Below are positions 57,901 through 64,000 of a stretch of 64,000 nucleotides of DNA, in pieces. The number at the start of each line of letters is the position of its first letter. Within the stretch, counting starts at the first letter, position 1. The translations under genes and the position numbers were made by a program. Origin of the DNA: Schmidtea nova (Eukaryota); contig CM097882.1 of assembly GCA_044892505.1 (NCBI GenBank), positions 317,254,001 through 317,318,000 of the forward strand, written 5' to 3'. The notes below the pieces were generated by a model. It made no database searches. It worked only from the letters and a program-made list of their open reading frames with translations, and was not told where the DNA came from.

Positions 57901-60900
57901 TCGTTCGTGTGCACTTTGCGTTTCGCACTAGGTACTTCTTGTTTTGATACAAAAATGCCGGGGTAGTTGGTTTCCAACATAGCTACTCCGCATTTCAAGG
58001 CTGTTTTTCCTTTTACAAACCTCATTCCGATATCTGCATCTGAGGTAATTAGTACCGTTGGTGTATTTCTCATTTTAATTTGTTTTTCTTGTGTTCGGGT
58101 TTCAATCTTTTTCTCTCCCCGTACTGTGTCTTGAAGTATTTTTCCTCTTGCTGCCTCGTCTTCTTCTTCCTCTTGGAAGGTTTTCCCTTGTATCTCATCG
58201 AATTCTGCTTCCTTTAACAGTTGTAGTTGACATTCCTTTCCTCGTATCTGGTAGGTTAAGGTTGACATACCGGTTTGGCAAGTGTTTGACTCGATTTTGC
58301 ACATTGGTAGGGTTTTCATTTCTCCCGTTGTTGGATCGAAGAATGCCTCGTACGTTTTTAATTCCACTGTATAAGTATCTATTACTACTAGGTTGGTTGC
58401 TGCTACTCCGAATATTGGATATGTTGCTCCTTGGCAATACCCTTCTCCTCCCGTAATAGCTCCTGCTACATAATATGTTTGTTGCAATATCACTCCCGTT
58501 TTTCCTCTTATCTTTACTCTATCTCTAGTCTCTACTTCTCCATGTTTAAATAATTTTTCACAGTCTTCTCCTTGCAGCATTACCGATTCTCTTTCCGTTC
58601 CTGGCATCACGATTGCTGAATAATGGCGGTGTCCACAATAAAAAGCAAATCTGGTTTTATAAACTTTGCATTCCCTGACCATTGTTCTTATCAGTTCAGC
58701 TTCCTGATATACGTGGTATAATTGTCTCTTTTTTAATGTTTTTAACTCCGTTGGGGTTGCGTCCTTACATTGTTCTGTCCCTCGTAGTGAATATTTCTCA
58801 CCTAATGCCATTTGATCACAATCGAATACTTCAAATGCTGTTGCTCCGTCAGTACTAATCATCCATATTAACATCATCATAATGATAGAACTCAGGTTTA
58901 GTGATGATTTCCCGTTTCCTGTTCCCGACTTTTCCTTTTCCAATTCTCCCAATATCTCTTCGAATTTCTTTTTCATATTTTTGGCTTGGTTTTTCTTTTG
59001 GTTCGTTTTTGTGAATGTTTCCCATCCTCCTTTACTGATGATGTACGGTTCTATTTCTTTCTCTATAATTTTGGCTGTATTCTTTATATGTCTTTCGAGT
59101 GCTGTAGGTTTCAGTCGACCTCTACTCAGTGTCAACAGATTGTAAATTGTGTATGCCATAGCTATTAAATATTTGTTATCCGTCTCTGCTCCTTCCGTTA
59201 ACTTCTTTATCAACATCGTGGTTCCTTGCCAATCTAGGTGGTTTGACCTTGTCTTCTCTTTTATTAGTTCTGGTAGGATTGGTGCGATGGCGCTATGCAG
59301 TGATTTCGCCCTTTCGCTTATTTCGTTTATTCTCCACCATTTCTTTAATTCTGGATCGATTATTGCCAGTATTTCCATTAACATCTTTGATATCCATTCC
59401 TCGCCTTGGTATGTTTGTGTTGTTTCTTTTTCTTTCGTTTCGGCTATTTTATTTAGTTTCTTTAAACACAAATCCCATTGATCCCGTCTTTTTTCCTCTC
59501 TTGATTTTATAACTACATTTGCTGGATCCATCTTGGGTCTACCTCTAGGTCGTTTATCCATTGTCGTGCCCGTTTCTACCAATCTTGTTTCTCGTCCAGT
59601 TTCTTCTGTGACGTCTCTTGGTTCATTGGCTCTTTCTTCTAACCATCTTTCCATTTCTTGTGTGAATTGTACATTTTCTACATTTGCCCTCCTTGCTTCC
59701 TCTTCTGCTATTTCATTTACTTCTTCGATGATTATTTCTTGTTCAACTTCATCTTCGGTGTTGGTTACCGGTATTGCTGTTGGTAATTCTTGAATTCTTT
59801 CGAAAATATTATCATCCTTCTCTTTTGTTAGCTCTATTAACTCCTCTAACATATCATCGCTATCTGTAAAAATTTCGTCTACATCGTATGGTTCTGGTGG
59901 TGTTCTTTCTCTTGTCTCTCTTGGTGTTGTTCTAGCTTGTTCTGAGCTTGTTCCTGGAGTCATTACCGATTTCATTGGGCTCGGCGTACTCATACTTCCT
60001 TTTGGTTTCTTTTCCTCTTTCAATTTCAATGGTTGGCCTGCTATTGCTGCCACTGTCAATGTATTTGCGATATCTAATTGCGCTGGCGTTATTCCAATTT
60101 CCAAGCTGTTATCTAATGATCGTCCTTGGTGTTGTAAATGGAATGGTGGTTCATATCTCAATTTCTTTTTAATGTCTCGAACTTTCTCCGCTATCCCTAC
60201 CCAAAACTCTTCCTTTTCTTGGTTCGGATATACTATTCTTAGGTGTACTTTCTGTGGCGATTCCTGCGAGAATTCTTGGTTTCTCCATTTTTTAATTACG
60301 TGATCCAATTGTTCTGGACACCACTCGTTAACTCTTTTGTATTCGGCGATTGCTTTTGCTACTTTACGCAAGCATGTTATGTCTTCTCCATTAACTACGA
60401 AAAAATCTGCGAGACCTTTTACTACTTTTCTCTTGCCGTGCGCATTGGTTTTTAATATTTCGACAAATTCTTCCGTTTTTTGTTTCTCTCTTTCCAACCA
60501 CATGGTTGCCGTTTCTGGTCCGTCTAAATCCGCTGGCATGGCTTTTCTTGTTACCATACAGACTCTTCCGGTTTCCGGTTTGTGATCGTCTTCTATGCCT
60601 ATTTCATATTCTTCTTCGTACTCGCCTGCTTTTGGTTCCCAACATTTTCCTCGTTCGTTCCATTTCTTTTCTACGGGTGTTAGTAATCGTCTGTTGAGAT
60701 TGAGTTCTTCTAATACATCTTCCCATTCTGGCCAAATCCGCCAATTTCGATAAATGTCTACTATTTGTTGTAATTTATGCACAACTTCTTTTTGTCGTTC
60801 CCGTTCTCTTTTCTCATCCTTAGCAGTTTCTCTTGGTGTATCGTCCATTCTGATAACGTGGATGGTTTGATGATTATCCCATATACCAATTTTATATAGC

Positions 60901-63900
60901 CGTCTTTCATCGTGATCCCATAATACATGTTCGTTGTATTTCATGATTATGTCATCTTCCCATTCTTCTTCTGGTTCTCTTTGTAATAGTGTCTCGTTGA
61001 TGACATTTACTAATTCTTTTATGGTACAATCTGCTACCACTTCAATTTCTTTGGTATCCTCATTAGGTAACTCTACTGCAATTTTCAGATCTGTTATTTT
61101 CCCTTGTCTGAACATTGCTTTTCCCATTTTGGCAATTACTTTTCCGTATGAGATCTGTGACCATCTCGTGTGACTTGTGTCACGTATGCACTCGATACAT
61201 CGTTTCAACTTTTCGTATTCGCTTCTCATTAACTCCTTTCTATGTTTTTTGATTTGTGGGATGATTTGTTCTATCATGGAATTTAGATTTCCTCGTAAGA
61301 TTCGTCCTTTTTCGTATTCTAACCGTGGTTTTATCTTCCTCTCGAAACACATATTTGCTTCCTTTGCTACTTCTTGTAGGTTCTCTTCTCTCTTATCATC
61401 GCATATCGATAATGTTGTCACCTCTCCTGGCCATATGCCTGTTTCTATCAAATGCGTCCTTTTCTTCACTAGTCCATTCTGTGAATAGAGGAATTTGTTT
61501 TTATATGAACTCCCTAATCTATCTTCTACCCATTGATAAATATCTTCCGTGAGTGGAGTTTTGATCCAAATCCTTGGCAAACATGTTTTTATCTCTATTA
61601 GGATTATATATTCATGGAGTGGTTCTTTTAATAATTTTCCTACGTATTGGCTTAGTGTTTCTACTTCCCGGCCTGGTAACCACTCTTTATAGTTCATTTG
61701 TAATATCGCTCTCATGAATTTCCGATAGTGTTTCTTGTCGATGAACTCCTCATTATATATTACTTCTAGCGCGTTATCTAATAATTTCTGGATCTCGTCC
61801 TCTTTTACTTGAATAGTTTCTGGTGTCTTTACTACTTCTATCTTTTTGTCTTCAATTTCCGGTTCGTTTAGCATATCTCCGGCTAGACTACTGACGTCAC
61901 TATCCTCTTCGTCATCTGAAAAATTCTTTGCCTGGCCTCTCAACATGTTAATGTGTTTTATCTGGTTGATTTCACTTGGTGTATTTTCCGTTGGTCTTGT
62001 TTCACTTTTAATAGCTTTTTGTGTTGATTCACTCTTGTCGTCTACTACTTCGACCTTTCTCAATTTTCGTTCTAACTCGTCTATTTCTCCCAACCGTCTT
62101 CGTATCATTTTCCCTTTAAATATTCGACTGATTCGTGTTTCGTGACGCACTGGCGATGGAATTCCTTCTGGTTCTATTTCCTTGATTACCATCACATTTC
62201 TTTTTGTCTCTACTACTCCCATGTTTTCCCATGTATCCGTTAGTTTCAATTTTACTTCTGGTGCACCTTCTATTTTTAGGAATGCTTCTCTGGGCAGTTT
62301 CGTTACTCCTGGAGCCATTTCATTCACTTTATTGAACAATATTTCTACTTCTTCCTTTATGTTATATTGGAATCGAAACACGTGCTTGTTTGGCAAAATT
62401 ACCATCATTCCTCTTTTCCCGAGTTTCCTTTTCTCTTCTTGGTTCCCTTCTTTTTCTACTTCCTTTTCTGTTTCTTTTTCTGTTTCTTCATCTTCTTGTA
62501 TTATCTCTTTTCGGCCTTCGTTGTTGGTTGGATTCGAGTTTGTTGGATTTATTTCTGGTACAGTCTCTTTCTCGTGGGTATTTGTTTGATTGGTTGCTCT
62601 CATCATATTAATTTTTAGAGGTTGTCGTTCTCTTTCTTGCTGTTTTTGTTCCTCTTCTCTTTGTATTCTTGCCCATTCCTGAGCATGTCGTGCTTGACTT
62701 TCCCGATTCAATCGTTCGTTTTCGCTTTCTATTTTTCTCATCATATTGATTTGTTGTTGACCTGTTTGCGGATTTCCTCTGTTTGTATTGTTTATCAGCT
62801 CCGTCAATCTTTGAACCTCTTGCATTAAATGTATCTCTTTAGTGGTATTTTTATTTTGGTTATTATTATTACTATTTGGTTGGTTTCCGTATTCCGGTTG
62901 GTTTCCATTATTTGGCTGATTTCCATAATTCTGTCGGTTTCCACCAGTTGGTTGGTTTCCATAGTTTTGTCGGTTTCCGGTATTCTGCCAATTTCCTCGT
63001 TGATTGCTTCTTTGTCCGCAATTTCTTGATAGGTGTCCAGGTCGTCCACAATTAAAACAGGTTATTGTGTAGCATCTGCTCTCTGAATGCCCTTTTACTC
63101 CACATTTTCCACAATTCAAGTTCTGATAACATTCTTGTTGCCAATGTCCCAATTTCCCACATGTTTTACATTGTTTCGTTGGTCCTTGGGGGTTGTAATT
63201 GCTTTGATTTCCATAATTTGATACTTTATTCCCTTCATTCCTTCGTTGCGGTGGTGGTCGGTTTAATTGTTGTGAATTTGGGATGTGGTTATTCAGGTTC
63301 ACTTCTTGTTCGTTTTGTGCTGTATCCATAGCTAAATAGATTCTACCATCATTTCCTATCATGTGTAGTTCAAATCTATTAGCTGTTTCTAGTGCTTGGT
63401 CGATGGTTTTACACCCTTGGCATCCAACTTGCGCTCTTATGTCGGGTCTTCTTAATCCTCCCACAAAGATAGCTGCCATTAACTCCTCATTTATTGGGCT
63501 GTCTTGATTAAAGATCAACTTTGCTAACTTTTTCAATTCGCTCGCATATACCGCATTCGATTCATTTATCTTTTGTTTCCTCATTGAGAATTCCGTGAAT
63601 GCCTCATTCAATACTTTGTTTATTCCAAAGGTTTGTTGGAAAAAGTCCTTTATCGCTGACCAACTTGTAGGTGGATTAGTTCCATTTTTTGCTTCCAAAT
63701 ATAGATCTAATGCGCTATCTTTCAAATATAGCTGAATTCTGCTTACAGTTGTTTCTGGTTTCCACTTGCATACTTCCACGAATATGCCAAATTCTTTTAA
63801 GAAAGTTTCCAGTTTGCTCGCATCTCCATTAAACGGTTCTCCGGAAAATTTGTCTTTTATCTCTTCTCTGGGTTCGCTCATTTCAATTCCGCTGTCTGTA

Positions 63901-64000
63901 GTTATTTTACTTTCGTTTCCTCTTGTTTCTAGTTCACTGTTAGGTTCGTCACTCGAATTTCGGTCGATCTCAGTTTCTTTTGCTGATTCGTTATCTGATG
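48918..64000 (-). CDS. Giant Gag-Env-Pol polyprotein with accessory domains (at least 4987 aa; frame stays open to the window edge)
   Basis: Three CCHC knuckles (~63020-63175); glycoprotein (~57070-58835); protease IDTGA (~56450); RT RFCIDYRRLN/LDLKSGYWQ/MPFGL/YIDD; RNase H LATDAS..TDH; IN HH-CC and MD..TDQG..ERFN. The 39 codons upstream of ATG 63881 contain no stop. Confidence 0.97.
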   Translation of the reverse strand, partial: SDNESAKETEIDRNSSDEPNSELETRGNESKITTDSGIEMSEPREEIKDKFSGEPFNGDASKLETFLKEFGIFVEVCKWKPETTVSRIQLYLKDSALDLYLEAKNGTNPPTSWSAIKDFFQQTFGINKVLNEAFTEFSMRKQKINESNAVYASELKKLAKLIFNQDSPINEELMAAIFVGGLRRPDIRAQVGCQGCKTIDQALETANRFELHMIGNDGRIYLAMDTAQNEQEVNLNNHIPNSQQLNRPPPQRRNEGNKVSNYGNQSNYNPQGPTKQCKTCGKLGHWQQECYQNLNCGKCGVKGHSESRCYTITCFNCGRPGHLSRNCGQRSNQRGNWQNTGNRQNYGNQPTGGNRQNYGNQPNNGNQPEYGNQPNSNNNNQNKNTTKEIHLMQEVQRLTELINNTNRGNPQTGQQQINMMRKIESENERLNRESQARHAQEWARIQREEEQKQQERERQPLKINMMRATNQTNTHEKETVPEINPTNSNPTNNEGRKEIIQEDEETEKETEKEVEKEGNQEEKRKLGKRGMMVILPNKHVFRFQYNIKEEVEILFNKVNEMAPGVTKLPREAFLKIEGAPEVKLKLTDTWENMGVVETKRNVMVIKEIEPEGIPSPVRHETRISRIFKGKMIRRRLGEIDELERKLRKVEVVDDKSESTQKAIKSETRPTENTPSEINQIKHINMLRGQAKNFSDDEEDSDVSSLAGDMLNEPEIEDKKIEVVKTPETIQVKEDEIQKLLDNALEVIYNEEFIDKKHYRKFMRAILQMNYKEWLPGREVETLSQYVGKLLKEPLHEYIILIEIKTCLPRIWIKTPLTEDIYQWVEDRLGSSYKNKFLYSQNGLVKKRTHLIETGIWPGEVTTLSICDDKREENLQEVAKEANMCFERKIKPRLEYEKGRILRGNLNSMIEQIIPQIKKHRKELMRSEYEKLKRCIECIRDTSHTRWSQISYGKVIAKMGKAMFRQGKITDLKIAVELPNEDTKEIEVVADCTIKELVNVINETLLQREPEEEWEDDIIMKYNEHVLWDHDERRLYKIGIWDNHQTIHVIRMDDTPRETAKDEKRERERQKEVVHKLQQIVDIYRNWRIWPEWEDVLEELNLNRRLLTPVEKKWNERGKCWEPKAGEYEEEYEIGIEDDHKPETGRVCMVTRKAMPADLDGPETATMWLEREKQKTEEFVEILKTNAHGKRKVVKGLADFFVVNGEDITCLRKVAKAIAEYKRVNEWCPEQLDHVIKKWRNQEFSQESPQKVHLRIVYPNQEKEEFWVGIAEKVRDIKKKLRYEPPFHLQHQGRSLDNSLEIGITPAQLDIANTLTVAAIAGQPLKLKEEKKPKGSMSTPSPMKSVMTPGTSSEQARTTPRETRERTPPEPYDVDEIFTDSDDMLEELIELTKEKDDNIFERIQELPTAIPVTNTEDEVEQEIIIEEVNEIAEEEARRANVENVQFTQEMERWLEERANEPRDVTEETGRETRLVETGTTMDKRPRGRPKMDPANVVIKSREEKRRDQWDLCLKKLNKIAETKEKETTQTYQGEEWISKMLMEILAIIDPELKKWWRINEISERAKSLHSAIAPILPELIKEKTRSNHLDWQGTTMLIKKLTEGAETDNKYLIAMAYTIYNLLTLSRGRLKPTALERHIKNTAKIIEKEIEPYIISKGGWETFTKTNQKKNQAKNMKKKFEEILGELEKEKSGTGNGKSSLNLSSIIMMMLIWMISTDGATAFEVFDCDQMALGEKYSLRGTEQCKDATPTELKTLKKRQLYHVYQEAELIRTMVRECKVYKTRFAFYCGHRHYSAIVMPGTERESVMLQGEDCEKLFKHGEVETRDRVKIRGKTGVILQQTYYVAGAITGGEGYCQGATYPIFGVAATNLVVIDTYTVELKTYEAFFDPTTGEMKTLPMCKIESNTCQTGMSTLTYQIRGKECQLQLLKEAEFDEIQGKTFQEEEEDEAARGKILQDTVRGEKKIETRTQEKQIKMRNTPTVLITSDADIGMRFVKGKTALKCGVAMLETNYPGIFVSKQEVPSAKRKVHTNDVKLHLYMNNKMDFLFHRGQASLQKVYYDLINNDCILNREILKTKLAVAITNPDSAMPLLPLREGHFGRVVGEVMYVYICKKTNAKVATMTKLQPGQCTNELEIEYKGKVRYVQPVTRIINPVSFEPNPFNCSNAYGPLYQKPDGNWVMFPSRTEVPAPREFELMQLSKGRKFKDVDVSNMGFYSAKDLEAARQNILFPARREAVLSSIVTITGGTNYQGGPNYELLLSPAHFKKATENMMKAMWGRFLIFGQMMAGILGVILIIQIIRVIITQMLACFDIYKREKKVNWKLVVGFLPFLAKTMVLHGHSKDIHRIKRLLKILAKMKGTDEEVGRKFKKIMNNEQARQRLKKERKGLWERMKGYRTQDDSSDDDDDDNEGGQVFKNQVPQYVEKNPAEMWKCYAPPPTMYQEPTPGMRQNTMQMMPMTNIYPMIPEDYRTRRCRSVDPQGDSHTIAVMSSNTGPVLTTTIEINGREIEAMIDTGANISAIDIKWIPQEQRRDIERTNVHVIACSKEVVEVAGRWWVKIKHQNTEIETYVAVIPALSVPCIIGTDLMPALFKEIVIDLGTMRLKDRTGQICAIEAKVTSSKQIIVPARREKICFVKIDPTIEGDMIFEPSKRFEKRKSLPMARGLVSANDNGEIPINVVNFDEEDKIIYENERLGKLTPMMDIEIPIKEGVKEEEPTWNIDSQLLNEDQKKQLERLLIEYKDIFAASDLDLGTCDVTLHTIPLTDETPIALRPYKLAEAQKSVAEAEVQKMLDAEVIEPSCSPWQFPVVMVKKKDGTQRFCIDYRRLNAVTKRDTYPLPDINEMLLTLQGAAYFTSLDLKSGYWQIKMKEEDKEKTAFTIGRDLYQFRKMPFGLTNAPASFQRCMNFVTHGIKQCMVYIDDLLIYSSTFEQHIQDIRDVFVRLRQWKLKLKPSKCDWAKEKVTFLGHIVSAKGKEPDPRNIDKVKECPVPKTITQIQEFLGLCGYYRKFIKDYAGIAKPIQELVKKDVSFIWGSEQQTAFETLRDKLITAPILVHPDFKKPFLLATDASGYAAGAVLGQYDDEGKERVIGYYSRTFKKHEKNYSVTEREALAIILAIKHFKYLLWGHVICITTDHQPLVWLGQHKETSSRLMRWAMQLQEYSPDIKFKSGKANANADCMSRLTFPELTDPEVQRICIVIAEDLDFSELKKDQQEDKELRPIIEFLSSRNMDVFKDNAELKEHMRKYQHRYTIEKGWLLIQNGEKRLMCLPGNRRKEIITQYHDGKLGGHMSDKKTLDRMRQKYYWPTMDEDVKEWIKNCLTCATRKDSGKKWKNPLKPMPIPAEPMTTIAMDVIGPLPESLNGNQYILVITDYLTKFPEAFAMPDQKAKTVARILVEEICCRYGTPKQILTDQGTNFMSEILDEVTNYFRIAKLRTSPYHPQTNGQTERFNGTLIRMLSNYVSKHQTDWDEYVKLCLMAYRMSIHAATKLSPFQLMYGRECNMPIDLEYQPPLSQYMEEDDYVTKFKERMQEIWKTAELNIKFYQESYKDLHDQKKNVKTNDLKPGDWVMIETPEIIPGTVKKLQRPGKGPYEVIYKKENNVKVKLVNRPLIRPIYVNTCRCKKVPKTITTAPEERIITRSQTARMNMLRATNESTEAENNQQEKRNKEMVLKAREIMGKWHVRDDILRDIQSIISDYARGLPTKPVISELLEKIPEILSLQDIGGQPALHNAIKWGEVERVKEFLKIAKETNQHLGFGNSEQETPLMVAAIYKSDKAIIDLLINADFNWTERDRENKTVLNHAIWSSNQIMLKQIIEKATWEIDELIKGDIIKEAIKIGNCKTIRKLIKWKRSENDTWVLNINEVYSEGQNTLLQFLLKFVCDQKALLTLLDRRNIIISKNKEECKFESEKEALFRKIREWCAKSLTKTITYKDISNFQDKYKTVEEEYDKLIDILNHPEKCKQFLCQKERESKRKVTPLFSAEVPYQERLDAIQDKAKELLPEFENSKHTLEILGSIVEKVHAYAEGTYNENDMMIIKREMPVTFLLTKNGVLPIHRALRAGKNRRVVEIARLMQDCGSDMNMKDKKGDTLMIFAARANTKTRVLQELYEAGAGLMGRTNKDSSILDVALLAHNWEVINFIKTITNQEEIEYLTRTVKKASVHSMMHNAELTEAILNWMNPNTNEPAFRINECMEQGQNLYIKCALIINKWPKIIDIFMRRKDLRFTNNPKETERTDKWKELMKTYLNNWIKAKKEILDCKLTDKEIPKQAETQEYEASILTTITYEKMIEAINVEDDIFNDQRGGDNTGNDDDSTRENPEDHELSDKEDSEEKGRDTEKNDKNNEFGKQRNNNYKNKNEIKRTGYKQTINPFFKPELLLLTVIMTLISPTQGMICEERATIQIGNAKGIERVCWSKKDKISGQNSPMDCKISEYEQEIIEIDDLELDTWYRMCTVRKPKDPRSHKTIACASYLTPKVTITIQQPSKGDYVVGKCRGTETQGTKNKKPQTIDRRTTPTIQITIDRPEARVTTNETERVTYQTELLCLALILTMLKRLEEGIDIDTMAVTEMNDTQNTNPKCWARSNEEIGVSEIKTSRKRKTNKVTKISEVKADRTYELCLLEKERHKKGTTICKTFQPGETIKFIRRGRRNKRTKRRTTIMLELTGIEPDVKGVCWKKQEKKTNQNTPPQCRTNRGTTTIQIEGLESNQTYEICLIRKSDKITVNELECKLYKTPTRTKVGKTTRKSRRQRNKGKARYTTTFKPNGQQKNQEIQIRTEKNTTATLILWRIDNKTLEICWVIVQKQRERQPRDCGNVKGKEEISIRNLKFNSEYEICAVEKTDILGNQQERCETYYTPVNSTSKGKVRKLEFKELSQTTKQMDAEQVVIDPYARWTPEEVIKEVKRKQQEREQLLNKLKGQYGPMINQSEITKMDVNKQVRELIGLGILAATIPVITVLLIIWIYDVFNKKPITHWPDIKIMNYSIELPEEVQKEFQRRTKGKEFWRQIEDEERYEGKTVMVI

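Larger units (their letters stand above)
41610..64000 (-). mobile_element. Giant Ty3/Gypsy (Burro-like) retroelement / endogenous retrovirus-like element, 3' ~22 kb (5' part outside the window)
   Basis: Giant gag-env-pol ORF plus co-oriented accessory ORFs. Composition shifts relative to host DNA near 41610. The left boundary and LTR extent are approximate because the second LTR is not in the window. Confidence 0.85.

Noticed and set aside
49081-63331. Dozens of plus-strand ORFs opposite the giant polyprotein and TRAF
   Set aside because: Antisense shadows of an A-rich coding strand (F/L/S/V-rich, no motifs).
48918-63881. Classification of the giant element as BEL/Pao because chuvirus-like env is known there
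   Set aside because: The RT/RH/IN motifs (RFCIDYRRLN, LDLKSGYWQ, MPFGLTNAP, TDASG, YHPQTNGQTERFN) are Ty3/Gypsy-type.

Overview
AT-rich eukaryotic (animal) genomic DNA with assembly gaps. The 40-52 bp AT-rich introns and a giant Ty3/Gypsy element suggest a triclad flatworm/planarian; this is inference. One host gene is present: four coding exons of a GARNL3-like RapGAP gene on the minus strand (38709 to 10332, continuing beyond the window). Its introns are filled with mobile DNA: Penelope-like (PLE) fold-backs with minimal hammerhead motifs, a decayed CsRn1-like Gypsy (5938-9605), a pogo MITE, and a complete ~16.2 kb Polinton/Maverick (18942-35134; long TIRs, 6-bp TSD). The Polinton encodes a packaging ATPase, integrase, minor and major capsid proteins, adenain protease and pPolB. 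Unusually, it also carries a TATA-binding-protein-like gene and several spliceosomal introns. The right third (~41.6-64 kb) is the 3' part of a giant Burro-like Gypsy element. One uninterrupted >5000-codon ORF runs Gag - ubiquitin-like domains - AT-hook - Bcl-2-like - chuvirus-like fusion glycoprotein - protease - RT - RNase H - integrase - two ankyrin clusters - FN3 membrane protein. It is followed by a co-oriented array of accessory ORFs including an intronless full-length TRAF. The best candidates for new biology are (i) this env-bearing giant retroelement with an apoptosis/NF-kB-modulating cargo and (ii) the TBP-encoding, intron-containing Polinton. All domain calls are from motifs read by eye; no searches were run.
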